Positions 11,144-25,299 of a DNA stretch of 63,784 nucleotides are shown here, in pieces. The position numbers and the translations under genes were made by a program. The first letter of the stretch is position 1; each line of letters starts with the position of its first letter. The stretch is from Paraspadella gotoi. Taxonomy: Eukaryota > Animalia > Chaetognatha. Below the pieces are notes generated by a model. That model worked only from the letters and a program-made list of their open reading frames with translations. It had not been told where the DNA came from and made no database searches. The DNA lies in NCBI GenBank assembly GCA_051294375.1, contig CM119268.1, positions 8,165,684-8,229,467 on the forward strand, in the 5' to 3' direction.

Positions 11144-14100
11144 GAATTTCTCCTTTAAATTTTAAACAATAATTTTATGTTAAAAAAAACATCTCATTCT
11201 GAATAGTTTTTTTTTTTTTTTACTGACGGCTCCTCGTCTCCAATATCAAGATAAATCGTTGAATTAAAAAAGTAATTTATTACATAGAGACACAAAGTTG
11301 ATTTTGAGACCCAAGGATGTTCGTTTATATTCATAAATATTCGAAAAAAGTCTTGGATTCTTTACTTAGTAGAAATAAGGAGGAAGAAAAAAGGAAAAAG
11401 TTAAAGGGAAATGAAAGAAAAATGGAAGATGTGAATAATATAAAGAAAGAAATATAAAGAAAAGGAAAGAAGAAAGTTGAGTCGATTGCGAAGGGAGGAA
11501 AGTCAACAAAGAAATCAAGACATCGGAGGAAAGAGGAAAAAGGAGGAAGAGAGGAAAGAAAAGGAAAGGAGAAATTAGGAAAACGATTTAGGATAAAAGA
11601 AAAATGAAAAAAAACAGTAAGGAGAGAGGAGAATAGTAAGAAAGAAGAGTGAAGACGAGTAAATTGCGAGTATAGAGAGGATAGAGAGGAAATCGAGGAA
11701 AAAGCATAAGAGAGGAAAAAGAAAAGAGGAGCTCAGGGAAAAAGGGTTGAACGAAGCGAAATTCAATAAAAGGCCGATTCTTCTTCTGCTTCTTCTTCGA
11801 CTTCGGGTTTTCTTGAGACCAACGCCAAATGTTGAGAGACGACGACGACGACGACGACGACGTCGTCGACGGCGGAGAATTCGGCACCGGATACGTTTAA
11901 CCCAAATGGATGCTTCAGCAATGACGACGACGACAAAGAAAAATACTAAAACTGACATCGGATTTTTCGTCGCTAAACGATTTTATTGGCGAATTTTTTG
12001 TTGACTCCTGTGCGATTCTTGATTCACTGTCGCATCTGATTCCATCGTTTTAATCATGACTTCTTTCACTACGAGGACCCGCATTGGGCATCTCTAAAGC
12101 TTTCCGTTTGACAAGGTATCCATGCTATGCCACATAAAGCGCCCTCTGGTGCAGTCTACCAGTCATCCACTCTCCCACGTGCATCTAGACGCAATAATTG
12201 ATAGTCGCTCATCGCGAAATCCTTTAAGCTTCTGCGCGGAATTGGAAACAACGAAAGACGACGACGAAAACGACGATGATGATGAAGACTAAGTATATTT
12301 TTCGGTTGAACTGTTTAGCAGTTTGTCAGTAAATGACAAAATCTTTAACGTCTCATGGGCAATTCGTAAGAATCGTAAAAACTAAATTTGTCCACAGCAA
12401 AATTTCTGCTGGTAATGTAAATTTTTTTTAAATTTAAATTTAAACAAATTAATTATTTGTAATATTTATAATCTCGTTTGCTTTGAAATGCCATTAATTC
12501 CGTTCAATCTTATTGCATAAAAAAATTAAAATTTGAAAGAGAGTTGAAAATCGTAAAATGACATTATTAAATTTTTTTAATCAATAACTTGTTTTTCTTC
12601 TTTTTGATATCGATCCCGGTTATCAGTCTTTGATATAGACTTAAATTTATGAATGCCTTCGTGCAGAAGAGGCTTATACAGCATAATCCGCGTTGATGGA
12701 GAGACCCAGTTGATGTGGTATCTCCATCCCGGTCTGTGACGATGAATCTCTCATCCGCGGACGACGTCATAAAGCGAAAGTGATCAAGGACGGGATTAAC
12801 GTTGATTAGATCCATTTTACGCTCGGCCTGGGCGCATGGGTTGTCGTCTTCCTTCGCGAAGGGCGTTGTCGTTGTTTTCGTTGAGGCTGACCCCTTTCAT
12901 TTTCCCTCTCGTTGATCATTTTTTTAACCGACTTTGCAAAATTGAACGTCGTTGTCGCATCTCCGACAAACTACATTTCATTTACAATTAATAACTATTA
13001 TATTTGTTGTTGCCCAGCTGATTTGATAAACCGAAAATCTAAAACCACCCCCCAAAAAACGACACCGAATTTTAAATTCGCCTAGTTTGGAATGCCACTC
13101 ACGAAACAGAGTCAATAACTTTCAGCGAGGATTGGCTTGTATGAAAAGAGACGTTCTCCGATACTATTCAATACAATTCAATCAAGTATCATTCGTGTCG
13201 GGAGAACATCAATTGCCATTGACGTCTCCGCTCTCCTAATTGAGCTTGTTGTCCTCGGTTAACGTCGTTTACGGTTGACGTCAAAAGTGACGTCTTCACG
13301 TCGCGTCGCGAAAGATGATTTAGAATCTTATCTCACAACCAATCACTTTTTTTCACATTCTGAATTTTTCGTTCAGTTACTATTCCTAAGCTGAGAACTT
13401 GGGATGGGGGGAAATATGTACTCAATTGGTAAATAAAAAAATATTATTTTTATTTAATAACTAAGTTATCACGTGACTCTGGACAAAGACTGCAACGTCG
13501 TGGACTTATGTAGAAGTCGGGACCGCGAAGGAGTATATTTCGGCACCGCGTGCCCGTCGGAGCCGTCCACCTATCGACCGAAAAGAGGAGGCTCAACTCA
13601 AACATAAGATCATTCATCACCGACGCCGAATCCGATGGCGAACATCCGGCGCGGAGGAAAGAGGGGGGTGGTGGGCCCGGTGGGGGGGAGGAAAGAGAAG
13701 GGAAGAAAAAGAATAAGAGGAAGAAAAGGAGGAAAAGGAAGAAGAAAGAGAGATGGAGATCAGGTGTGGGGAGAAAAAGAAAAGAGCATCGAAAATAAAG
13801 GAAAAAGGTATCGATGAGAGGCCCAAAGTTAAGAGGAAAGAGAAACAGAAAAAAAAAGGAAAGGAAGAAAAAGAGAGAACGTTTGTCTTCTTAGTTTAAA
13901 GGGAAAATAAAGAGTAGGAGATGTGGGAGGGCAGGGACAAGATAAAAAGAAGGAAAAGGGAAGATAAAAAAAATGGAGTCGTTTTGGAAGTGTGAAGAAG
14001 AAATAAAACTTGGGAAGGAGAAGAGAGTAAACAGGCAAGGAAGAAAATAAAAATTAGGAATGATTCAAGAAAGTGAATTCAAGATAAACCGGGTTTTCGT

Positions 14101-14803
14101 TATCGGGATAAAAGCAACAGAATTGAAAAAAAATGTTAGAGGAGAGAAGAAAATAAGTAAACGCAGTTAAAATAGGAAAATTTATCAGAGGAAATTTAGA
14201 GAAATTGGTGAAATTAGCACGAGGAAATAGAATCGCCTGAAGTGAAATTTTACAAAGAGGAATTGGTTGAAAGAAGAAAGAGGAGAAAAGGCGAGGAAAG
14301 AAGAAAGAGGATGGAGGAAGAGAACGAGGAAAAGAAGATAAAGGGGAGGAAGGATGAAGAGGAAGAGGAGATAAAGCGAGGAAGGAGATTATCCTCGCGG
14401 GAGAATCTCGCCTCTCGACTCTAATCGGATTAAGTGAGAAAAAAAGAGAGAGAGAGAGAGAGGTTGTGATTCGATTTCATTCACGTGAAACGCGAATCCG
14501 TGTTGTTGATGTTGGTGGCGTCTTCGTTGATGGAGAGAGATGGTGATGTCGAGAGTTGGGTTGTCGAGCCTGGCCAAGTTGACGGAGAGAGACGATGTAG
14601 TGGGTAAGTTTAACAATGTCGAACCCGCGATATGAGTGAAGTAAAAAAGATGATGGTGAATTAGTAAAGGCAACGCAATGAGAAACACGCTACCCTTGCC
14701 TCCGTCACAAAGCATGAATCGAAAAGGCAAAGAAGCTCTTTACTCAACGACTCTATTTCGGTTCTTGGAAAAACATGGAAACCATTTGTCGCACTCCCGT
14801 GAG

Positions 14804-14884
<81 letters not shown>

Positions 14885-15369
14885 AGAAGAGAGAGAGGCC
14901 AATTTTCGGTTATGGGTTCGACTCTTGGGTCAGCAACGCCGCCTCTTGGCAACCGCGTGACGCTTTCGAGGCGACGAACAAAGTCCTGACACTTGGCCGA
15001 CGAAATCGATTAGTGAAAACCAAACTCTGTTTTTAAAACGCTTTAACGTATTTTATAAATGTTTGTTCCAAAGTTTTACAAAAGTTACAACATCTGCGTC
15101 GTCGTTGTCAGTGTCGTCGTTATGACATCATCGTCGTCGTCATCGTCGTCGTCTTTCTAAAACTCCATCTCCAATCGGTTCTTCATCGTCGTTTTCTTTT
15201 CAAAAGACGAAAAAGAAAAAAAATGGAATAAAAGAATAAAAAAAATAAAAAATAATAAAAAAGGTCGAGAAATATTTTTTTTCTCCCTGAGATTTCTTTA
15301 TAAAAAGGGGAAGAAGATGGAAAGTCTTGGGTCCCTGAAATCAATTTGAATAACTTTGACAACACGACC

Positions 15370-15498
<129 letters not shown>

Positions 15499-16234
15499 TA
15501 TCATAAAAAATCGAATGATGTTCTCTGGCAGTAACGATTGTTTTTGTTTTTTCAAAAAATGAAATTTCGATATATTTGCATTTTCGCCGCCAGCGACGTT
15601 GATGAGAATATTTTGGGAGAAGTTTAAATAATCAAAAGTACTTATTTTTCGGTGATAATGTGTTTGTAAAGAAACAAAATAAAAGATTTTGAAAAACATA
15701 CTGAATCCTTGATACACGTTCGAAAGCCTGCCATTGAAAAGAAGCGTAAATTCTAAGACAACCAACGGTAAGGTATTACAATTTTTTAACAAAGAGAAGG
15801 GTTACGTTTTTTACTTTAACAATATTAAATTAAAAATTCATTAAACGTTTAAGAACGATTCGTTCGAAAATATCCTGAACTTTCTCTGGCTTTCAATCGA
15901 ACAGCCGACGAGTGGCAACGACGACGACGACGACAACGACAACGACGACACGGTTAGAAATTGTGGTACTCGCTCAAGTGGATAAATGCCAGGGCGGTTT
16001 AATAGCGCAGCCAAAGAGGCAGGACGTCCGGAACCAAGGAACTCCGCCGCTCTCTCAACCGTGAAAGAGGGAGGAAGAAGAAGAGGAGGAGGAGGAGGAG
16101 GAGGAGGAAGAAGAAGAAGAGGTGGGAGAAGCAGAGAAGTGAAAGGGAGGGAGGGAGAGAGGGAGGCAGGGACGGAGTAAAGAAAAAAACTGGTAAAAGC
16201 AAAACCAAAATGTCGAATTTGATGCGGAGAAGGA

Positions 16235-16319
<85 letters not shown>

Positions 16320-16803
16320 AAAAAAAATAAAAAAACATTAAAAAAGAAAATTATGGACGATGAAAAGATATGTTAGTAAAAACCCTATTTAAAGATCTAA
16401 AACTTTTAATCATAAACGAAAATATACTACTTCAGTTTACTTAGTTCCAGCAAGTCTTTAATTTGAAATTCGTAATTAAATGATTGGATTTTTCTAAAAA
16501 GACGAGGACGAAATTATAACGCGTTGCATTTGTAATGTTAAAAATGATTATTCGTTCATCGCGCTCTCCTTTTTTCCCCTCAAATTACAAATAGCACGAA
16601 AGGAGTCGCACCGAGCCGATTTTGACAAACAAAAGATCTCATATCACGCGCGACAATACTCTTCATTTATTATGAAAATAAAACAAAACCAAAAATAAAA
16701 AAGTGTGAAATTATTGGAAGATATTTAATCAAATATCTTTTTTTTCAAAAGGGATATTAAACGTTTTGAGTTTTAAGCATCTAAAGCTTCTTAACCCGGT
16801 TTG

Positions 16804-16817
16804 GTTGCTATGGGAAC
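16804..16817 (+). promoter_or_regulatory. RFX X-box motif
   Basis: GTTGCTATGGGAAC fits the X-box consensus RTHNYY-WT-RRNRAC and lies ~390 bp upstream of the coiled-coil gene ATG. Confidence 0.55.
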
Positions 16818-16929
16818 TGACGACGCTAGTGCGGTCATCATTGTACGATTAAATCTGTTTCAAATCAAATTGGGAAAAATATAACTAGATATTTAATCAA
16901 TATTATATCGCATTCGTCCTTGATGCGCA

Positions 16930-17011
16930 GCAGTTGTGGCCGAGTGGTTAAGGCGATTGACTAGAAATCAGTTACGGTCTCCGTGCACAGGTTCGAATCC
17001 TGTCAACTGCG
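16930..17011 (+). tRNA. tRNA-Ser-AGA: tRNA-Ser (anticodon AGA)
   Basis: 82 nt. Acceptor stem GCAGTTG/CAACTGC plus G discriminator; A box TGGCCGAGTGG; anticodon arm ATTGA-CTAGAAA-TCAGT (AGA at 16963-16965); long variable arm; B box GGTTCGAATCC; T-run downstream. Confidence 0.96.
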
Positions 17012-17205
17012 TTAACTTGATTTGTTTCATTTTTATTTCTTGGTTTTAGAATGAATCCAGCAATGCGTCACGTTCACTTATTTTCGTGAACATAAAAAAT
17101 ATGAAGGAAATTTTCGATTAATCTCAAAAACCAAAATACATGCTGACAATGTAAATAAATAAATAACCACAACGACATAAGAATCTCCTCCGAACGCCGC
17201 GGCGG

Positions 17206-20200
17206 ATGGCGCTGCAGTCGATCGACCGCGGCAGCGTCTCTGCGCGCTATGAGGTGCTGCTGCTGGAGGCGGGCGACGACGCGCCCTCGACGAAAATGTT
17301 GACCGTCTTCAAAGTCCTAGACGAAATTATCCCTCATCTCGGGATGTACAAGAAGGTTGGCCAAGAGAGGACCCCCGGGGTTAATGAGAGACGATCGAGG
17401 GGATTGAAATGATCTGAGGCGAACTGAGGGGATTAAGAGAATCGAGGGGATTGAAATGATCTGAGGGGACTGAGGGGACTGAGAGAATCGAGAAGATTGA
17501 AATGATCTGAGGCGAACTGAGGGGGACTGAGAGAATCGAGAGATTGAAATGATCTGAGGGACTGAGGGGACTGAGAGAATCGAGAAAGATTGAAATGATC
17601 TGAGGCGAACTGAGGGGGACTGAGAGAATCAGAAGATTGAAATGATCTGGGGGGACTGAGGGGACTGAGAGAATCGAGAAGATTGAAATGATCTGAGGCG
17701 AACTGAGGGGACTGAGAGAATCGAGAAGATTGAAATGATCTGAGGCAAACTAGGAGGGACTGAGAGAATCGAGAAGATTGAGAATGATCTGAGGCGAACT
17801 GAGGCGGACTGAGAGAATCGAGAAGATTGAAATGATCTGAGGCGAACTAAGGGGGACTGAGAGAATCAAGAAGATTGAAATGATCTGAGGGGGACTGAGA
17901 GAATGGAGAGGATTGAAATGATCTGAGCGGGATTGAGATAATCGAGGGGGATTTAGATGGAAATTCGAAATGGAAATGACGATCGTATCCGAAGCCTTCG
18001 AGTTTTTTTTCTATTTTCAGGTGATGTCCCTGATTCGCAAGGAGATGGTCGACGCAGTCTACTCCGACGTCATAACATCCGCCGTGGAGACGACGAAGGC
18101 GACGAATAAGACGAAAACGACGACGAAAAAATTGACGAATGAAGGAGAAAGAAGGGAATTTTTAGAGAGAATTCCTTACTTTACTCTGGTGCGGAGAATG
18201 AAGGAAGAGGAGGTGAGGGGATGGTTTTACCAAGTCAGTTTAATGATGATCAGAATATTTAGAATATTTCGTGTATTTAATGATAATTTAGATTTTAAGT
18301 GAAAATATTATGTTTTTGCTTGATATTTTTTTTTATCTTTATCTTTTACTCAAAGATGTTCGTTGCTTTTTTTAAAAGTTGATTATACCATGTTATTGTT
18401 AAATTAGAATAAAAATGCCTAATATTGATGGTAAATATCGTTTTGGTAACTTATTTTTCCATTATACGAAATTGATATAACCGAAATGATCTCGTTAAAT
18501 CGGGTCGATCTTATGTCCGACATCCAACCTTTCAATTCGTCTTTGTCTTCAGGCTGAAGCGTTGACCACTCAGAGAGAGCAGGTGGAAGCTTTGAAGGAA
18601 GCGCTCTTCGATAAAAGCTGCGAATGCGATCAGCATTTGGAGACGATACAGAAGTTGGAGGAACAGATAGAAGTACTGAAGAAGCAGAGGGTGAGAAAGA
18701 ATATATTAAATAATACCTAGGAATTCTTAAAACTTAAATCTTAAATCTTGAATTCCAAATCATAAATCTTAAATTGCAACCCTTATACCAATAAACTTTA
18801 AATTTTAAAGATTTGACACAGAAATAAACCTAAAATATTAAAAAATCATTATTTAAATCTCAGAACAACTTGCAAAAGCAAATCGGCGAGAAAACGACGC
18901 GATGCAAAAACTTGGAGATCGAAATAGAGAATCTGTCCGGAGAGATGAACCGCGCACGCAGCGCGATGGAGAACGTCGCAGGAGAAACGCAGACGAAGCT
19001 GGAGGAAGAACGCGTCAAGGTAAGTCGCAAGTCGTCCGAAAAGCCTTACCCTCCCTAAAACCCGCTTCCGCCATCAGGTTCGAGAGTTGATGAAATTCAA
19101 AGACGGATTCGCGGCGATGGACGCCGCTTTTTCTCCCGATCGAATAGACGCCGGCGACGCCGACGACGCCCCCTCTGCGGCGCCGGTGCCGCCTCTCGCG
19201 GTGACCCCCGCTCTGACGCCGGCGCTCTCGCCGGGGCTGGCGCCGTTGCCCGAGACGTCGTCCGTTCCTGTGTCGAAGAGAGCATTTCTCCTCAGGTGAG
19301 GAATCTTTTTAACTGAATAAAAAAAAACCAAAACAGAAACATAAACAAAAACTACAAATAATCAACAAGATAAAATAATAACAAAAAAAAAGACAAAAAC
19401 AAAACCAAAATGAAAAAACTATGAATAAAATGCAATAAAACGATCAACAATCAAAAACAACAAAAATGACTAACAACAAAACAGCCAATAGTTATCACAG
19501 CAACCCACTATGTAGCTTTGCCAAACACCATCCCTCTCTTCTCTCTCCTCTCCCTCTATGACTCCCTCTCCTACTCCTCTCCCTCCCTTCTCTCTCCTCT
19601 CCCTCTCCTCTCCCTCCCTTCTCTCTCCTCTCCCTCTCTAACTCCCTCTCCCTCTCCTCTCCCTCCATTCTCTCTCCTCTCCCTCTCTAACTCCCTCTCC
19701 TCTCCCTCCCTTCTCTCTCCTCTCCCTCTCTGACTCCCTCTCCCTCCCTCTCCTCCTCCTTCTCTCCTCCTCTCCCTCTCTAACTCCCTCTCCCTCCCTC
19801 CCTCCCTCTCCTCTTCTCTCCCTCTCTTCTCTCCTCTCCCTCTCCTCCTCCCTCCCTCCCTCTCTCTCTCTCCCTCTCTTCTCTCCTCTCCCTCTCCCTC
19901 CCTCCCTCCCTCTCCTCTCTCTCCCTCCCTTCTCTCTCCTCTCTCTCCCTCTCTAACACCCTCTCCCTCCCTCCCTCTCTTCTCCCTCCCTTCTCTCTCC
20001 TCTCCCTCTCTAACTCCCTCTCCCTCCCTTCTCTTTTCTCTCCCTCCCTCCAAGCAATCTCGAAAACTGCATCAAAATCGAGAACCAGGTCCTGGGCGTC
20101 CAGAACGCCGTGGTCGCCGAATTTGACGCTTTTTTGGAGAGAATCAAGGACGACGTGCTGACGACCGTGCGGACGTCGGAGGACAACGCCGTGGGTGGGT

Positions 20201-23200
20201 GGACAAGATATGGGTGGTCGTGGGTGGAACGGGTCGTGGGTGGGAGGATATGGAAGCGGGCCGTTTGGTATTTTAGTTCGAGGGTGGCTTGAAGTTACTC
20301 CCGACAATTTACAAATTATTCGTCGATTTTTAGCGAGTCTTATATTATTATATTATTATATTATTATTATAATTTGGATGTTTTCTCATCGTCGCCCGGG
20401 AAAATTTCAGTGTTGCTTCTCCTTGTAACTAATAGAAAAAAAAAAAGATTCTCATTTGGTAATTCGTTAGGACATTGTATTTATCTTAAGTTCCAAGGAT
20501 TTTAATCGTTTAATTAATTTTAATAACACTTTTCTTCAGAGGAAGAGGATGAAGATTTGAACGGTAAGAGAAATGACAAAAAAAAAATTAATCTTAATTT
20601 TTCGGCCAAATGGCCTCTTCAACTTTGCATGGTATATATTAAATAAAACGCATGCCCGATAACTGGTAACCTCTTATTGCTAAACTATTTTTTAGTCGTT
20701 ACTTAGCAATTTAGTTTGGCTTACGCGGTTGCACTACTGGGCTGAAAAAAAAGGGTTGTATATAATTTATAAACATAAATATAAGATAAGTTAGAATATC
20801 AATTATATCCAGGCGGAATTCAGTCGATCGCTTCTTTGACGAGCATAGCGGAAGATTCGGCCGATCGTCAAAGGATGAAAAGAGAAGAGCAACAAAAATT
20901 TACGGGTGATTGTTTAGCTTGACTGCTTCAATCGACAGTTCCACGTTTCTTTCTATTTCTTTTTCTGTCTGCCAGATTCTCAAAAAGAAATGTTTCTCCA
21001 GCAAAAGCAGTTCAGGTCTCATATGGACAGAATCTTGAGAGAGCTTCAGCTGTTGAGGCAGCAAAAAGAAGCCGTGCAGGTAAATACTGCAAGTACTATA
21101 TAAAATAAGTTTTTAATGAAAAGATTATAGTAACAATTGAAACTGTTTTGCTAGGCGATCAACCTACCCCCGTCGGTCTATCTCCTTTTAATACTGTAAA
21201 AGTATAATTTTAAAATTCATTTAAACAATTCTACTGACATTTTAATCTAACGCCGCGACAAGACAATTTTCTGTCAACTTTCTAAAGGATCAGCTCCAAG
21301 CGATGGAACGGGCGCGGCAGCAGCGCAAGACGACGACGCCGGGGATGGAGCCGGGCGTCGACGCCGACGCGGGCGGTGAGAATCGCGAGGCGCCGGCGAC
21401 GAGAGATGGCGCCGGTGAGGGAGAAGAAGAAGACGACGACGACGAAGACTTCATGTCGATGGATCCTTTTGTGCCGCAGGCGAGGAGGGGAGGAGGGGAG
21501 TGGGAGGAGGAAAGGGTGGAGGAAAAATAGGGTGGGGGAAAAAGAGGGAGTAAATGGAGGTGGAAAAGTTAGTGGGGGAGAAATGTAAAGAGAAAATAGA
21601 GAAGAGAACGAGAGAAAAGTCGGGCGAATAGAACTGGGAGAAAGGGAAGACGAAAAAAAAATGAAGAGAGAGAAAAGAAGGAAAAAGGAGGAAGAAAATA
21701 AAGAGAGTTGAGAATAAATGAGAGAGAGACTAACTGTTAGAGGCAGAATTCTGTAAAATATTAAAATATTAAAATAACTAGGAGAAAATTAGGATAAAAG
21801 AGAGGATATAAGAACTCCTTACCCTATCTTTTATCCTTAATAAGGAGTATAGATCTGGAAAAAACCAAGCATCGTAAACAAACTGTATCACTGACCTTTT
21901 TCAGTCTTAACTTCCAAACTCTCTTCTTTTCAGGAACAAATCCTGAACCGCTACGCCGTGATGGTCTACACATCCAAGAACAACGCGAAAACTTGGGAAG
22001 AGACGAAGTTCGGGAAATTCTGTTCTTCTTGCGGAGTCAAGACGATCGTCTGTCCGCACAAGGTCGTCGCGAGGGACAGAGTCTTTCCCATCGCCAAAAA
22101 CTCGACGCACATCCGGTTTTCGCGGCCCAAGGTCGGAGAAGATTATAGAGGGAGTATGGCTTTAGACGGCGTGGCGACCCTGCTTCCGTTGTTTTTGCAT
22201 TTGAAGTTTGGAGAGATGTGTTGATACCGTCTCGTCGGATGGGTTATTGTTGTGAACATCGTGATTCTAGCCGTCTTACAAAGAATTAATTTTTTTTAAA
22301 CCATTTTGTTTTTTTCGCTCCATCCAACTTTAGTTTTTTTCCCTATTAATTAATTTACCTTATGGTCTCCCACCAAAACCAAAACCAGGTTCAGATCAAC
22401 AAAGACCTGGTCACCAAGGTGATGGACGAGCACGGCATCAGCCCCGGGATAGGGCGGATGGCGCTGACGCCCGGAAGTCTCAGCGCGGCGCCAAAGACTT
22501 GGAGGAAGACGCGTTCGGCCTTTTGGGTGAAACCGATGCTCAACTTGGGGACGGATTCTCATCTCGTACAACCGCTGACGAAGGTCAGTTTGTCTGTACA
22601 TTAAATTGAATGATTTATTGTGTTGTTGTATTAATGATATACTGATTAATTTAATTGATTGAATAATATGACTAATTTGATCGATTGATCATATTTGATT
22701 GGATTCAATACCTTTTGGTCTTATATTTATTAGGCTTATCGATTTAAAATTAAACTGAGAATTGTATCCACAACATCCTCCTTTTTTTTCGTTCGCAACT
22801 CTCAGGTTTTCGACGACTTCAAGAAACGAACGGGAAACGAGGATCGAAAGGTCCCTCGATATCTGGAATCGGATCACGTGATTTCTCTCATGGAACAATT
22901 TTGGGCTTACATCATTTGGCAGGTAGGGAGAAGAATCAAAGTCAACTTGCATTGTCTCTCTGGTAAATTACTTTTTTAGGTAATCCTTCAACAATTAAAG
23001 ATGTTAAACGTAAAAAAGCCAGAAACGGTTACAGTCGAAGCAGCAGCAAAGACAACAACAACAACTACAACAATCAACAAAAACATTACACGCCAACTCT
23101 CATCTTTGCAGGACGAGTTTTCCCTGGAGGACGAGAACGTCAACTCGTGCCTTGACAACCTCTACGCCTTCATGGGCGACCGGTATCTCGTCGACGACGT

Positions 23201-25070
23201 GAGAGACGCCGCTGCCTTCGATCTCCTCAACTCGGTCGTCGAGCGAGCCTCCCACCACCGCAGCCTCCAGTTCCTCGCACACATCTTCTGCGGGAATCTC
23301 GACGGCGCCGCGTTTAGGTTTTTTTTTTTTTGGCGGGAAAGGTTTTTGGGGATTCTGATGTTGATGTTGCTGTAGTTAATATTTTTCATAGTTGCTTGTT
23401 GCTTGTTTTGTTTCCAAGGATCATCATCAGAACAGCAGAGTATAGAAGATAAAAAATAAATATTATTATTTACACTGTATTAATGAACGAAACTTTTCCG
23501 TAAACAAAAGGTACGCGTTGCTTCTGGGAGAATTCATCAACAGCGTCACTTGGACCGAAACAGAAGACTTTCGTCGCTTTTGCCGAATCGTCTACCCGTT
23601 CTTGGGTAAGAACATCGGGTCGTGTTCAGTTGAGAAAATGACTTGTGTACTAATTGTCCATTATTTTGATTTGTTTATACCAAATTAATTAAATTACGAA
23701 GATTTTTTTTGTTGGGAATTCAGGGGAGGACGACTTGGAAAACCTGCACATGGGATTCATGTCGTTTTGCGAGAACAAAGTCGGGAAAATAATCGTCTGG
23801 GAATACATGATATACGTCGTTATCAAGTACAGAGAACCCAGGTTTCAGGTTCGTACATATAAGAGGGTTTTCGTGTTAGTTTTAACAAATATCCATGCAT
23901 AAACCAAGAAATGAGACTTTCGCTAAGATATCAGACTTGAGTCAATCAGACAATTTTTTGACGTCGGGTTCCCTCTGGTTAAATACAATACGTGACCAAA
24001 AATAATAAGATATAAAGATTATATCTGTTACGTATCTAAAAGGGTGTCCTTGATAATTGATATTTCTCCAAAACAAAAGAACTTAAATTACTTTTAAAAG
24101 CATCATTTAAAAAATATTAATTTTTTTTATCACGAAAAAGTTATCTTCTTTTTGATTCAACTATTTTTCACCAAAGATTTGTCGTATCGTTCTAATGCCG
24201 TACCGTACATTTGTCGTATCTTTCTAATGCCGTACCGTACATTTGTGGTATCGTTCTAATGCCGAACCGAACAGGACATGGAAGCCAAATTGGTTCAACA
24301 CGGAGGTCAACGCAAAGAGTCGATGACTGACACGGAATTCGCCGAAGCCATCGACCAACTCATTCCCCTCGCCAACGAGAAGCTGCGGAAGCGTCTCTTC
24401 ATGGAGGCGCTGCTGTCGCTGCAGCAGCTGGAAGGAAAGGCTGCTGCTGGGGAGGAAGGAGGTGATTGGCGGAGGGGGAAATAAGGAAAGAGAAAAACAA
24501 ACAAACAAACAAACGAAAATAATGATTAAATCGATAAAAAAAATAACTTAATAACTGAATAAATAACTTAATAATTGAATAAATTAATAAATAACTAACT
24601 AAATAGATAACTAAATATACAAATAACTAAATAACTAAATAAATAACTAAATAAATAATAAATAAATAAATAAAAATAAATAAATAAGACGTTTTTAGGT
24701 ATGAATTAAAATTGAATAGTATGGGAAATATTGAAAATTTCTAATCTCCCTTTTTCTCAGTCGGAGCTCGAACGTCTGGAACATTCCATCGTTTGGCTTC
24801 CGGTTCGATGGCGCAAAATAAAACGACGACGACGACGACGACGACGAAGAGAGAGCGAAGCGGATGTCCGACCAGGAATTCCGGTGAGTTGATAAAATGA
24901 AAAGTAAGGATTAAGAATTAAGAATTAAGAATTTTATTTATTTTCCGTTTGGTTTCTTTTTTCAGGTCGCGCCTCCGGCCAGGACGCGGGCCACAACGCC
25001 GCCACCGACGCGGTTCCGGTCATGAGATTGGCGCAAATCTCTTCCTTTCTCTCGCTGGCAAACGTTACTA

Positions 25071-25148
<78 letters not shown>

Positions 25149-25200
25149 ACATCTGAGAGAGAGAGATGTTGATTTCTAAAGCTCCTCTTCCTCCTCCAGC

Positions 25201-25299
<99 letters not shown>

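Noticed and set aside
12164-12890. Possible two-exon minus-strand gene (…GLCCISLFCTK / KLKGFRDE…) and a CTCF-like motif at 12138-12152
   Set aside because: It needs a GC donor, no family is recognised and no start can be supported; a single motif match is not significant.
17387-17960. Minisatellite unit resembling tandem hammerheads (CTGAGAG-AATC..GATT-GAAA-TGATC) or a CRISPR array
   Set aside because: The core does not match CTGANGA and there is no stem I or III pairing. There are also no unique spacers, and the context is a eukaryotic intron.
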